A stretch of DNA of 64,000 nucleotides from Dimorphilus gyrociliatus (taxonomy: Eukaryota > Animalia > Annelida), in the NCBI GenBank assembly GCA_904063045.1, contig CAJFCJ010000118.1, forward strand, positions 39,473 through 103,472, in the 5' to 3' direction. Below, piece after piece: positions 1 to 13,272 of the stretch. Position 1 is the stretch's first letter. Each line of letters starts with the position of its first letter. Under the pieces are notes generated by a model. The model was not told where the DNA came from and made no database searches. It saw only the letters and a list, made by a program, of their open reading frames with translations. A program made the position numbers and the translations under genes.

Positions 1-279
1 CTCTCTTCACTGCCTATCAGAATCTTTGAGGTGCAAAATTTGGAAAAGTTATTTATCATTTTATGCTTCTTATACTTNTTTGTTGAGCAGATGAACGCTG
101 TTATTACATATCTACATATGCTGAGTAAGTTTGTGATCAGCTCTTGAAAAGAGAAAGAAAATATCCGTATCTTTAGTTTATCTCTATTTATTCTTGTAAA
201 ATTTTACCTCTTTTCTTTAATAAATTAAATTGTTTACCAGTTTTCAGAGAGGAAGAGGCTACTGAAAAAAAAATAACAT

Positions 280-3200
280 ATGGAATACGAGAATAACAAA
301 CACTTGAGAACAAACTCAGTTTCGGGGATGGAAAATGAAAAAACTTGGAGAGATTTTTCTAATGAAACAACATTTCATGGTATAAAAAATATTTTTTTAA
401 AAGAAGCATCATTGATTAGACGAATTGGATGGGTTTTAATTGTCTTGGGTGCAATTTCCTTTTTCTGTTTTCAAGTAGTAAAAAGAGGATTGGATTATGG
501 TAAACGAGATATAAATGTCAATGTTGAAGTGATATATACTAAGCAACTTGAATTTCCATCAGTTACTGTTTGCAATCAAAATAAATTCAGGTGTGAATGT
601 AGGGACATTTTAACCTAAAAGAAAAGTTTTAGGTCTAGGTTAGAGGTTTTCAAAAATACAACTCTTGCTTGAATGCTTAACAATTAAAAGAGAACACCTT
701 TAATCAAATTTAAAGCATTGCGTTTCCAAGTCATTGAAAATAATTCTTACACATTTTTCAGGATGAAAAGCGCCATTGAATTGGGTTTATATGAATATTT
801 TTCAAAGATTTATAGCTTGGACAATGGTCAAAATACTACGTTTGATGAATATTTACCCAAAAATATGAATTTTAGCATGGAATACGTTTATAACTATGCT
901 GGACATAAACAATCGGATTTTATTTTCTGGTGTAATTGGATGGATCGGCCATGTAAATCGGAATATATCACAAAAACCATTACTGAATATGGTATTTGTT
1001 TCACTTTTAATTCTCCATCTTCCGTTGATCCACCAACTTCTTTAACTGTTTCCGAACCCGGAATGAATAATGGTCTTTCTCTATTATTCAACACTGAACA
1101 ATACAATCATATGCCTGGACCAGATTTCGATGCTGGTGTGAAAATATTTTTACACGATGACTATAAAAAACCATTAATGGCGGATTTGGGCTTTGCAGTT
1201 CCAGCTGGAATGCACAGTCTCATTGGAATAAAACGAACCGAATCATATAGTCTTGGCGACCCATTTGGCAATTGTAAAAAGACAAAGTACAAATCACACG
1301 CTGAATGCAGGGATTATTGCAGATATAAAACAATAGCGAGCCTTTGCAACTGCAAACCGTACGAAGCTACCGCAATCTTAAAAGATGATGACAATGCGAA
1401 ATATTCGCAAGAAAACTGTTCTCTACCGAAGAAATATAATTGTATTGAAAGAAAATTGAGGAGATTTGAAGAAACTGATAAAAATATTCTCAATTGTTCA
1501 TGTCCAATTCCGTGTAATCAAATCATTTATGAACCAAATCTATCATTCTCAGCCATATCGGAATTTGCGGCTAATAGAGTATTAAATGCGCATAAAGAGA
1601 AAGTTGATAAATTAGAACAAGACTATTTAAAAATTATTGAAGTTGGAGAAAAATATATTAAACCAAATTTTCATCTCAATAATGAAACTATAACAGAATT
1701 TATCATAAAAATAAATCAAGTTTTAAAACAATTTAATAAAACTTTTACAGTGTTTTCAACAAATAATCAAAAACTATCAGATAGTTTACAATTTGCAACG
1801 GCAATTTCAACAGATATTCAAAATATGGAAAATAATTTTAAAAAGGTAAAAACTGCTCTCAATTCACCAAAACTCACAGAATTATCTAAATCTTTGGATT
1901 ATATGAAAAATGTTATAAGATATTTTTGGAATAGACTTTATGGCAATTTTCTAGTACATTTTGATGAAGTTGTTGAAAGTTTTCAAATTTGTAAACAAAA
2001 TATACAAAATTTGAGTAATACACCTACAGTTTGTGATGGATTTATGAAAAAATTCCAATTTGGTGATTACGAAATACATTTTAGAGATTTCAAAAGCTTT
2101 TGGATCCAAATTATAAAAGATGCAAAAATTTCATGGGCTAAATCAAGTGTTTTAACAGATTTAGAAACTTATCTAAATAATCATACTAAAGAAATTGAAA
2201 GAATATTTCAAATGGATGTTAATGATACCAGATTACCATTTAATCAAATGTGTAAACCATTCTATATCAATTCAATAAAAGCAACAAAATCAATGCAATT
2301 TCAAAATCTAAATCATAATGATAGCTATGAAAAGTTTGGTGTGAAAATTGAAATTCTACTCAATTCATTAACTATATTTAAGAGAAATATTAATGATCAA
2401 ATATTCAATTCTGTTTGTCTAATAAGTGAAAATCATGCACTTGAAAAGATTAATTCATTACTTAAACAAATAAATTCAAATATTTTAGATTTATCTTCAA
2501 ATTTTCAAGATTTTCAAAATTCAATAAAAAATAATCATGAAACTTTTAAACAAACTTTAAATGAAACTGAACAATTTGAATCATATTTGAAAATTAATTC
2601 AGAAACAAAGAAATGTTATTTATCAGATACATTCTTATTGGAAAGTTACTTGACTAATATCAAAGATTTACTATTTCTTTATGATAAAATCAATGTGGAG
2701 AAGAGAAAATTTGAAAGAAAAAGAAAAAAGATTTATAAAGAATTGATAAAAATTGAAATGTTTGTTGTCGAACAATTCTATTGGCCTTTTCCAAAAAAGA
2801 ATAAACATAATAAAGATATCATTTATCATGATTTAACAGACTTTCATTCATACTTTGCTGAAAAAAAAGAAGACTATAACATTCCTGTGAATTGTTCAAA
2901 AGAACATTTACAACAAATTCGAATTGGTAGTTGGAGTAATTGTTTTCAAAATTTTACAAAAAAAATGGAGGAATATGGTCTCGTTCTAAGCAAAAATTCT
3001 GTTCTTGATAAGATGAATATCTTATCCGCCTATGACAAACTATATAATTTCATGCATAAGTTTAAAAGTTCTTGCAAAGTAAATAAAGATTTTTTCAGGT
3101 TTGGTTTCTTTAACTTTTCTTTTTGTATTTAAATATTTTTTTTCTTTAAAATTTGAATTTTCAAAACAAACAGAAGGAATTTTGCAAAAGTTAACATTTT

Positions 3201-3458
3201 CTACAAAGATATGTCTTATCAAAGAATTACTCAACATGAAAAATTTGGTTTTGTATCTTTTCTTTCTGAAATTGGTGGATTTTTAGGATTGTTCTTAGGA
3301 GCATCTGTTTTAACACTAATTGAATTTTTTGACTTTTCTCTTTGTAAGGTAAAAAACAAAAACAGAAATAGATTTCTCTTAATTTTTTTTCATTATAGAT
3401 CACAAAGTTAACATCAAAAAAACTTTGGAAAGATTCTTCTAACAACAATTCATTATAA
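280..3458 (+). CDS. DEG/ENaC (ASIC/ENaC family) channel subunit, ~960 aa, 4 coding exons (280-590, 762-3098, 3174-3348, 3399-3458)
   Basis: Pre-TM1 HG motif (FSNETTFHG), TM1, FPSVTVCNQN, Cys-rich thumb, NFAKVNIFY, TM2 GGFLGLFLGASVLTLIEF. GT-AG junctions keep the frame (2883 nt). An upstream exon is possible (AG at 239-240). Confidence 0.93.
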
Positions 3459-4362
3459 AAAAAATCTCTATGAACCAAAATCAACATAATCAAGAAAGCT
3501 TAGTTTGATTAAAATTTGATGAAAAGTACAAACTTGATTTGTGTGACCAAAAATGAAGATTGGGGACACTTGTCATTAAGAAATTGCATTGAAATTAATG
3601 TATAATACTTGAAATTTAAAAATTTTCTACTTTTTCCATGCTTTCACTCATGAGTATGTTTTGCCATTTTTGGTTTTGAAACAATCACAAGTGTGAGAAT
3701 TTTGGTTTTTAAGTTTTTCAATATCAATGCTTAAGGACAAAGTAAGCATGTCTGATTAATGCATGTTTTTAAAGTTGTATTGTATATATCATACTTTTTG
3801 AAAGTGAATAGAATCTAAAGCTTGAATAAACGCACAATTGATGTTTAATTGTCAATGCTTCCATATAAATTAATAAGTTTATAGATTGATGAACTGTAAC
3901 ATTTAAGTTTAAGATGAAAATCACAATATTTATCTATTATCTAACACAATTTGTTGCCAAGCATTGTATAAGCTCTCTGCTACATGAATCTAGGTCAATG
4001 CTGTCAATGACAGTTGTTATGGAAATTGCACTGCTAGTTATTGGAATTTTCATAAGATTTGTTATCTTCTCTCTTCTTAGATTATCTCCAATCTCTGTAA
4101 AAGATCTGACGAATTTATGTGCACACATAAATCAAATTATTTTAATGTTGTATTTAGTTGCTTGTCATTTTATGTGAACTATACTTATTATCTCTCAGAA
4201 ATATTTAGTAAGCTATTTCTACATTGATAAAGGTTCAATCACCAATTGAGACAGCAACTTTGTGTGTTGATAAATCATAGTAAATATATTCTGGATTTTT
4301 GATTCAAGAATGAATAAAAGATTTATTGGTATCAGATTTAATAAAGGTAGAGAAAGAATTAG

Positions 4363-5520
4363 TTAATTAATCATATGATCAAGGAATTGGTCAAGTGTCT
4401 TCGGATAAAGAATATCATTGACATTTACAATCCAGCATTGTGATTCACCTCTCCAGACAAGTTTACTAGGAAAAACCTTATCATTTATCTTTATTGATGA
4501 TGACTGCTCAAAATTTTGAATTGTTTGGAAGAATTCAAATGATTGATTAACAGTTTGACCCATAAGACCTCCAGGTGATTTATAAGAGTTGATATGATTG
4601 ATAAAAACATCAAGATATGTACCAATCATAGAATTCTTTGAACGCTTTACAGAAAATGTATTATTCTGAATACTCTTATCATTTCTCGGAATAGAAAGAT
4701 AGAAAACATCATTCTTCAATTCAATATTTATATCTCCTCTCTTAGTATTGAAACTAACCAATTGATTATTCCATTTAATGTAGCTGCCATTCTCAAAAAA
4801 CACTTTATTAGCAGTTACTTTCAAAAGTTGATTATCAATGTAGAAATGCATTTCGTGCATATAATAATCATCCTTCAAAATTCCATAAATCTTTATTCTC
4901 TCATATTTATCTTGAAAAACATTTATTCTATTGTAAGTTGTCGAACTTACATCAAAACAAACATTTTTAAAGCTTTTGTCCTTTTTATCTTTAATGAATA
5001 GGCTAAAGTGAGGATCGCCACTTCCAGCAGGTGGATCAATAATTTGAAGTTCAATTGTACCTACAATTGTGTTGCTGAATTGATTGCAATTTAATAATGC
5101 AAATACAGTTTCACCATTTTCTGGTATGGAGTCAGTTATTATTGAAACAGTTGCTGTAGCAGTCTCCGACTCTGAGAGAGAAAAATGTTTTTGGCCTATA
5201 AATTCATAATCAGGATCCTGTGATGTCAGGCTAAAAGAGATATAAAGTATTGATATCATATGAAAATGATTTTAGTTATCTTTAATTTTTATACTCGCAA
5301 GTACTTCCTCCAGTAGCACCTGTAATTCGAATGTTAGCCAGTGTCCCCTCTTCAAAGGGACCTTGTCCTAAAAGTTCAAATGATGTTGAAAGGGCAAATC
5401 CCTCACATTCATAATCTATAGTTCAATTGTAAACTTTTTAAATAAAACTAAAAAAAATGATATAATTCACTACTTACTTAAAAAGGAAATCAAGATACAA
5501 AGTATAAAAATCTTCATCAT
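4363..5520 (-). CDS. Secreted protein A: signal peptide + Calx-beta/Ig-like module + GDPH motif + ITIH C-terminal-like domain, ~343 aa, exons 5520-5478, 5415-5295, 5230-4363
   Basis: MMKIFILCILISFL leader; DPDY..F..IITDSIPENGE (Calx-beta-like); GSGDPHFSLF..NVCFDV resembles ITIH GDPHF..LCF. Junctions keep the frame (1032 nt). Paralog at 61355-62530 has the same exon layout. Confidence 0.8.
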
Positions 5521-6315
5521 TGCCTTTCTTCTATCTTTAAGAGAGCTTTAGGCGACTTTTAAATACTTTTTTAAAAACATTTTTTTAAGCCAATAAGAAT
5601 TTTTTATGAATTATCATTGAATTGACATGTGTAATTTATTCTATTTCCTCTTTTCATGATGTGAGTGACGAGAAAATATATGAATAAAATCTGAATGTCT
5701 ATCTTTATCAGAGGTTTTCAATTGTTGAAAAGACTTTATTACCATTAGAAATGGGTGTGGTATTTAGTAGAAAAAAGATGACTAATTTCAACAATTTTGA
5801 TAGTGTTACAGTTAATGAAATCACTGTTAGCAAGGTTATATATTCTTAATAAAGAATTGTGATTATTTAGATAAGCTTCAAGCTGGAGAAAAAGACGAGA
5901 TCAGCTTCAAACTGATATTGAGTAGTGTAATTAATACAAACACTAAACCTACTTGAAGTCCTAGAATAATATAGAATCCTAATATAACTATGAATATAGT
6001 GCTTTTAAGTAATTTGTGTGTAAGATATAAGATAAAAGTTCACTAGTTTGTTATGCTAGGTTTAATCAGTGATTTTTTTCTAAAATATTAATAGCCTGAG
6101 AAGAATAGGGCCTACAATATTTTGCAAGAAATTTCTTTCATATAAGCTGCCCACGCAATTCTGCTATTATTATACTATAGATATAAAATTATAAAAGTTA
6201 GGTCAATAACCTTGTTACACAGGTTGACAATGTGAATCACTCCAATGTAACAGATCATTCAACCATTTCTTCATATATATGAACAAAATAGATATATTAA
6301 AGAGGTGTGTCCTAT

Positions 6316-6521
6316 GGGGTCGACAGAAAACGTCCACAAATGATAAATTTCAAGACAAGTTTTTCAATTGAGAAATGGTTAGGCAGAAGAAAACAGCCAC
6401 TGATTCGTACTTAAGAGGGTCTCCTTTAAGGGTTAGGGCTAATGGAAAAGGTTAGGTACAGCTAAGGGCTGGGTTAGGGTTAGGTTAAAGCACTCATTTG
6501 TGGACGTTTTCTGTCGTATCC
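6316..6521. mobile_element. Non-autonomous TIR element (MITE), 206 bp, internal TTAGGG-like repeats
   Basis: Inverted ends CGACAGAAAACGTCCACAAATGA / TCATTTGTGGACGTTTTCTGTCG. Flanks GTGTCCTAT/GTGCCCTAT are a 9-bp TSD with 1 mismatch. Further copies occur in the window. Confidence 0.85.
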
Positions 6522-9115
6522 GTGCCCTATACAGCCCCATCATACACTAAATTTTTTGTCAGTAGAGTTTCAAGAAAAATCTCAAGGCTGTAAACAAACA
6601 GTTAATAAACATAGACGAAATGCTGTTAAATTTGCAATCTCTGATGTCTCTGGACCATTTTCTATTGGCCAAACCAATCAAGATATTATAGCTACAAAAA
6701 CTGGTTCCAGCGACTTTGCACTTAAAAAATTAACATGTAACAATCGACTGGATATATACTATTTATCCTAAAATCCCTCCTGGTAACCCTAGCTGTCAGG
6801 CAACTGTGTTGTCCTGTTGGAAGATGTAATTCCTGCACATTTTATTGATATTTCTTCAATTTTTTGCTCTATCCTCCTTGTTTCAGATAGCAATTGAAAG
6901 AAATTTCTTAGATATAGGCTGTAAAATTTTGTTATTGTGTTTTTATAAATAGATTGATATATGGGTTAGATCAATAACCTTGTTGAATAGGTTATCAATA
7001 TTAAATATTGCCCCAGACCTACAAAAACTGATTGTGGAATCAAAAGTAAAAGGTCAATCTATAGAATGAAAACATCGAAGAGGTGTGTCATATTCAGTTA
7101 TCATTGCTTCAGATAAAACATGCTTTCAACTTGGTCTGCCCTGTTTTTCTATATGAGTTGAATATAGTATATGAGTATATTTGAAACACTACATCTTATA
7201 TTAAATAATAAGAAAGGTTGATAGATGATGATAGATGTGTGATGTCTGCATTAATAAATTAATGGATGTCAATTATTTCAATTTTATAATCCTAACATCT
7301 CTCTCTATGTTTCTCTGTCCAGTGAATATTTCCTAGATATGTTCTGTTATTTCAAGGGTTAAAAGTTCATTGTGGAGTAAAGGAAATGTATCTTTATTTT
7401 GTTTTGGGTAGAAATAGAAGACAGAACACTCAACTGCCCAAAAAAATCAGTCTTTCTCTTTCTTTAAGATCAACTTGAATGTAAATTTATTAATCAAATA
7501 TGATTTTTTTTATTGAATCTAATCTCTGTTGCAGTTATCTTTATAATATGATATTAGAGATTTATGGAAAAACTAGATTTTATAAATATTTATATATTTA
7601 TAGTAATGAAATTGGCAATAAAGTAGCATTCATGTGTGATGGACTTGTTAACTCTGTAGGTCATCCCTATCTAGGGATTGGACCCTTGTCACTTGCAGGT
7701 AAATCATTAACAACTGATAAGAGATTATATAAAAGCCAAGGTCTAGACAGCAACAAAAATTTAGAAAAAAGACAAACTACTCATGAAAACAGTGCTGAAA
7801 CAAATGTTCCGTACAACCGACTTCTTTTTCGTAATGGCTATTTTGATGGGTAATCAAAGGGATTTTTTAAGAAAAAATTTGACTCCTGTGTAGGAAATTT
7901 TGTCTAGTTTTATTAGAAATTTTCAGATGAGTCAATTCATTAAGATGGCTTGAAGTTTTTTGTCCAGTGACATTGCTTGGAGTTGGGACATTTCGTCCCT
8001 TTTGCCTGGACATTACATCCCTTTAGTATGGACATTTTTTATGATAGGTTAGTGTAACTATTTACTTTTTTGATCACTTTATCAGTTTTCTTTATGAAGT
8101 ACTATTGTCTACCAGTTTTCTCAAGACAATTTTTTACCTCTTCTTGTTTATGGAAAAGTCTTGTAAGAATATTTGATTTTTGACTTATGTGTTGAGATCT
8201 GATTAGATTAATTAGTTACATTAAATGTTTAAAATATCTGTTATCTGTAATTTGTCATTATCAGTTCCCAATATTCAATTTTCAGTTCATTCTATTGAGC
8301 CTTTACGAATTCATTTTTGTTGTTAGCAAGTCATGTCCATGTGCTCTAAACAACCTCATATTTAGCTATACTATACCAATAATCTGCTGATTATTATAAA
8401 TCTATTTATAGAATAGAATTCTGCTATGTCAACAGGAAAAAAATTAATTTTGGTAATTTCTTAAGAATTTGGTTGTCATAATAAAACATTTCCCCTTCCA
8501 GTATAGATACAAAATAAATCAAGAGTAAACAATAACTTACAAATTTATATTATTCATTATCTTTATTCTTTTGATAGACAATAATAGAAAGAGATATAGG
8601 CTTAAGAAATTTGATAAATTTAATTTGGACAAATGCCAAAAAGTCAAGTCTAAAAAAAATGAAGAAAAATTTAATCAATCAGCTAAATAAATGAAAATCA
8701 ATGCCCAAGGAATAAAGTGCAAAGCCCATATATATAGGTAATTGAAATATTTGTTTTCTAGCCTCAATGATATGCATACAAACAATAAAGAGGAAACTAG
8801 AAGAGAAACTGCAAGAGATTAAAAAATTCAAAGCTAAAATAGGTTGTTCAAAATAAAAAACCAAGAATTTCTACTTTTACTTTCACTTTGTAAAAATAAA
8901 ATGAAAAACAATAAAAACTAGGACACAGAGATTAACTCAACAAAAGAAAATTGAATCTAAATATGAGTAATGAAGTTTTGTGCAAAAATTATGCCCATTT
9001 TGTTAGTCATTCGCTTAGTAAACTATTTATAGTGTACTTTATAAAATTTGAATCGGTTGCTGTTCAATCAACATTTTAACAAATATCTTTGATGATCTTA
9101 TTGAAATTATTGAAA

Positions 9116-11130
9116 ATGGAAAAAAAAGTCTTTCATGATTCTGTGCATGGTCACATGGGTTTGTAAATTCTTTTACATAAATATGTTGGAATACACTCAG
9201 ATTGTTGTTTGGTCGCCAATAATGATTTACTCCGATAGGAGACTGTAGGAAAATAGATTTATATGGTTTTATGAAGTTCGCCACTCATACTGCTGCTCTG
9301 TGGGCTGTCTAATGCATCTGCATAGCTGTGAAGGGCGGGGCACTTGTCTAGAAATGGAATAGCTCTTAAAGTCGGAGTCATTGATTTTGGTGTCCCAGGC
9401 AATCAGTATTTTTATTTGTAGTTTTCCTGGGTTTATTGAATCCAGGTATATTGTAGATATATGTAGGTAGTAAGCAAGGTTCTTCAATTCTTTCTCATTG
9501 TCGCCTACAAGTATAAGGTTGTCTATGTAGAACTCCTAATAATTTCTTTCTTGGGATTTTTGACACTATGACCATTGACTACATATTAATAAAATATTTA
9601 TTACAACAGAATTTCATCCTCTATTGATTAAAGTCATTGACACACCTCAATTTCAACGTTTACGGCATATCAAACAACTTGGCTCATGTTTTTTGGTTTA
9701 TCCATCTGCTAATCATAGCAGTTTTGAACACAGTTTAGGAACATGCCATTTGGCAATTAAACTACTTCAATCGATTAAACAAAATGTTAATCTGGATTTA
9801 GCAATTTCAATAACAGAAAGAGACATCTTTTTAGTTTCTCTTGCTGCTCTTTGCAGAAATTTGGCAAATGCTCCTTTACTTGTAGATTTTAAAAAGAGGT
9901 TTCAAGCTGATTTCAAAGTAGATGAAAGGGAGTTATCTGTTAGAATATTTAATCAAATTATTCAAGAGAATAATTTAAGAGAAGAATTCCATAAAGCATT
10001 TGATATCTCTGATGACGACATGATATTTGTTAGAGAGCTGATTTTGCGCCGAGAAGAAACAACTAAAGAATTTATTCAACTGAATGAAGGAAAGAGAAAG
10101 TAAGATAATAAATTAGCTATCAGACTATCTAATTGAAGAAACTTAACTATTTATAGATTTCTCTATGATATTATATGGAACAAGAAAAATGGAGTAGATG
10201 TTGATATATTTGATTACATTGCAAGAGATTCCTATCATCTAGGAATTAAATCATCATTTGATCATTCTCGTTTTATCCAATTGGTAAATGTCATTGAAGA
10301 TACTAAAGATGGGATTTATAAAATATGCTTAAGAGAAAAAGTATGAGTAAATAATTTCTAGATAAAAAATTTTCCCTTCTTGTCAACTTTTATTTTTTTT
10401 ATCAAGGAAGCAAAGTGCATTTTTGAACTTTTCCATTCAAGATTACTTCTGCATGATAGAGCTTATCAGCATAAAACTTGCAAAGCTATTGCTCTTATGT
10501 AAGTGATATTAATGAATAATTATTTTAATGATTAACAAAATATAAAGATATTTTTCCTTGTTTAGGATGTATGATGCATTGATTATGGCAAAGAATAATT
10601 CAATATTTCAAATAAAGAATAGAGATGGAGAAATTAAATCTGTAAAATTATCTAAAGTATTCACAGACATTGAAGCATTTCACCAATTTACTGATGACAT
10701 ATTTTCTAGAATACTCTATTCTACAGATTCTAATTTGAAAGAGTCTCAAAAACTTTTACAGAGAATTAGGGAAAGGAAACTTTATCGTTATATTATTGAA
10801 GTACAGGCTAAGGATGATGAGGATGAAGATAAAGTAAATAAAATCCTATCTTCTTGCTTAGGTAATAAAAAGGAGTTAATTACCTGTCACAAAATTGTAT
10901 TCAATTTTGGTATGAGAGATATTAATCCTGTAAAGAATTTTCTTTTCTATGAAAAATCTGAACCAACAAAAATTTTTCATATTCAAGAAGAAAATTTTAA
11001 GCAAGTTTTACCCAAAAGTTTCCAAGAAATTAGACTAAGAGTCTATTATAAAGGAGTTGATGATGGAGAATTTCTTGAAATGAAAAATAAAATTGTTAAA
11101 AAATTGGAAAATTATGGCAAGTTAAGTTAA
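9116..11130 (+). CDS. SAMHD1-like: SAMHD1-like HD-domain protein without SAM domain, ~457 aa, 5 exons (9116-9158, 9610-10099, 10157-10340, 10407-10498, 10566-11130); HD motif degenerate
   Basis: [67 protein letters not shown]. All junctions are GT-AG and in frame (1374 nt). Confidence 0.9.
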
Positions 11131-13272
11131 ATTCATTGAAGGATACTGTTAGAATGAATCCAGTTTAACAAAGAAAAAACAACAGTATATTTACAATGCA
11201 CTTCTTATTGGTTATCAATCATAAATCTACTCTACACCAGTCTAAATAATTGCTGATATTTCAAAGACAATACTCTTTTCTTTTATTACAATGTTTGGAT
11301 GTGAAATCAACTCTTTGTCCTACTTTTATATATATTTCAAATTTTGTCTTTTTGTGAATGTTGTTTAAAAAAAATTTAATTAATCTCATTCTATTTTTTC
11401 AATAGATTATCTTTTATTTCACATAGAAATTTTAAGAAATTTTTAAAAATTTTCAAAATATAAATGAGGCCATTTCTATTTGTTCGGCAAGTATAATATA
11501 ATTCCAGTAGTTGTAAAATCATCTGCAAAAGATCTTTGTTCATAAAGTGGCAGAAGACTTTTCAAGATCCTTTGCAACTTTTGATACCATCTTTAAAAAC
11601 AGATGTGGATTAGCAGGGGATTTTTACTTCATTAACACTTATTAAACACTTTATTCGTGTCATACTCCTTTTCATCTTCTCTACGTCTATGGTCTTCCTA
11701 TAGGGAACGGGTAAAATGAAACTTCTTCCATAAGACAATTGCAAGTTGTTGTAGATATTTTATAATACAATCAAGTTTTGTAATAAAAACTGAAATTTTG
11801 ATAATGACAAATTCATAAATACATATATTCTTTTCAAATTTGTAATATTTTCTCTTGAATGGAATCCGTAACCACAACATTAATCAATAATCTTTAACTA
11901 TAGACTATATTACTACTGGAATAATCTTTAGATTGGAACAACTTCGGGATGGTTGTTTGCTCCTCTGCTAATGGAACAGTAGCTCCATCTGTTGGTCTTG
12001 ATTATTATTAACAGGCAGAATTACTCAATTTTGCATACTGTAGTTGATAGCAATAAAAGATGAGAGTAAAATGTTGCCATAGTCACAATGACTAAACTTT
12101 GAAATGTGTCAATATAATCCCTTACTGACCATTACTGACTATTTTGCAATAGTGTTGTTTATACAATATAAAATATATAATGTTCATTTCAAAATGCATC
12201 TTTTCTAGATTTGGTGTGCAAAGCTATAAATTTAGATTTTACTTTTTCTTCAATGAAATTGGATAATCTTTTTGAACAAAAATCTAAAGCATCCTTGTCA
12301 TTTTTGAGAGAATCTTCTATTTCAGCAAAACTTCCAGATATTTCCATGGCCTCAGCCAAAATCAAAAAATACATCATTATGTTTTTAAAAGAAAGACCAT
12401 GTCTTTTGAATATAAGTCCAATACAATTATGATTGAGTATTATACATGGCTCACAGCACGCAGAAATTAAGCCTACATCCTTATTTATGAAAGGAGTGTA
12501 CTAAAGATTACTAAAGGGTTTCAGTTGTTTCCTAATACAATCCTAAAAATGTTGAAAATTTAGCAGTCAGCTAAAGAGTATCAAAAAGTCAAACTTGACT
12601 ATCGGTGATTTTTGGACTACTTCAAATTCTAACATTCAATGGCTGAATTGAATGTTACCAAAATAACTATGCCACTGGTTGATGTGCATTAATTGTGTTA
12701 AAATCTAGTACTCAGCTGTTTTATCAGCTATACTTTGTTATATTTTAATTGTTTTGTTTTTGTTTCAACCAAATTTGCCTTTAATATATCACCTAACCTT
12801 GACATTCATCTTTTCTGTGTTCTTTGTTTCTTTGTTAATTCCATACACCTTTGTGAATAGATTTTCAAGACATATGGGCCTAATAGACACTCCCATATAG
12901 GTTATTGTCAAATCCAAATGTTTATGTAAGAAAGTGTCTATTAAACCTTATCTCTTGAAAATCTATTCAGTATCCTGTCCTTTGAAGAATCTCATACTAA
13001 CTGACATTATTTGGGTGAATACCTGACTATGAAGATTTATGGAAAAAAGACAAATATTTTAGAATTTTGTTCAATTTTGTCAAACGTCTTGAAATCTGAT
13101 GGAGAATTATCATTAAAGAAAAAATGTTAAATGGTGAAAGAACTTTTATTCAAGGAGTTGTCCAGACAAAAGATTCCAATGAAAACTTAACTTCAATGCT
13201 TATATTTTTACATGCTGATTTATTAATATGTAACTTGAAATGTTAGATATAAAATGCAAAATGTATTTCAGG

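Noticed and set aside
3914-4177. Overlapping short ORFs on both strands between the ENaC and GDPH genes
   Set aside because: No recognisable motif, splice context or paralog.
6556-6850. Possible Tc1 fragment (YIFQQDN on the minus strand)
   Set aside because: One short motif among stops; not enough to call.
7500-8040. 117-aa ORF and GGACATT-rich ends resembling a decayed DNA transposon
   Set aside because: No diagnostic catalytic motif and no matched TIR pair found.
9269-9487. GC-richer insert and 72-aa antisense ORF in SAMHD1-like intron 1
   Set aside because: No recognisable family; probably a repeat remnant.
11450-12432. Coding-looking minus-strand patches (e.g. ILAEAMEISGSFAEIEDSLK)
   Set aside because: Could not be joined into an open spliced frame and no domain was recognised.
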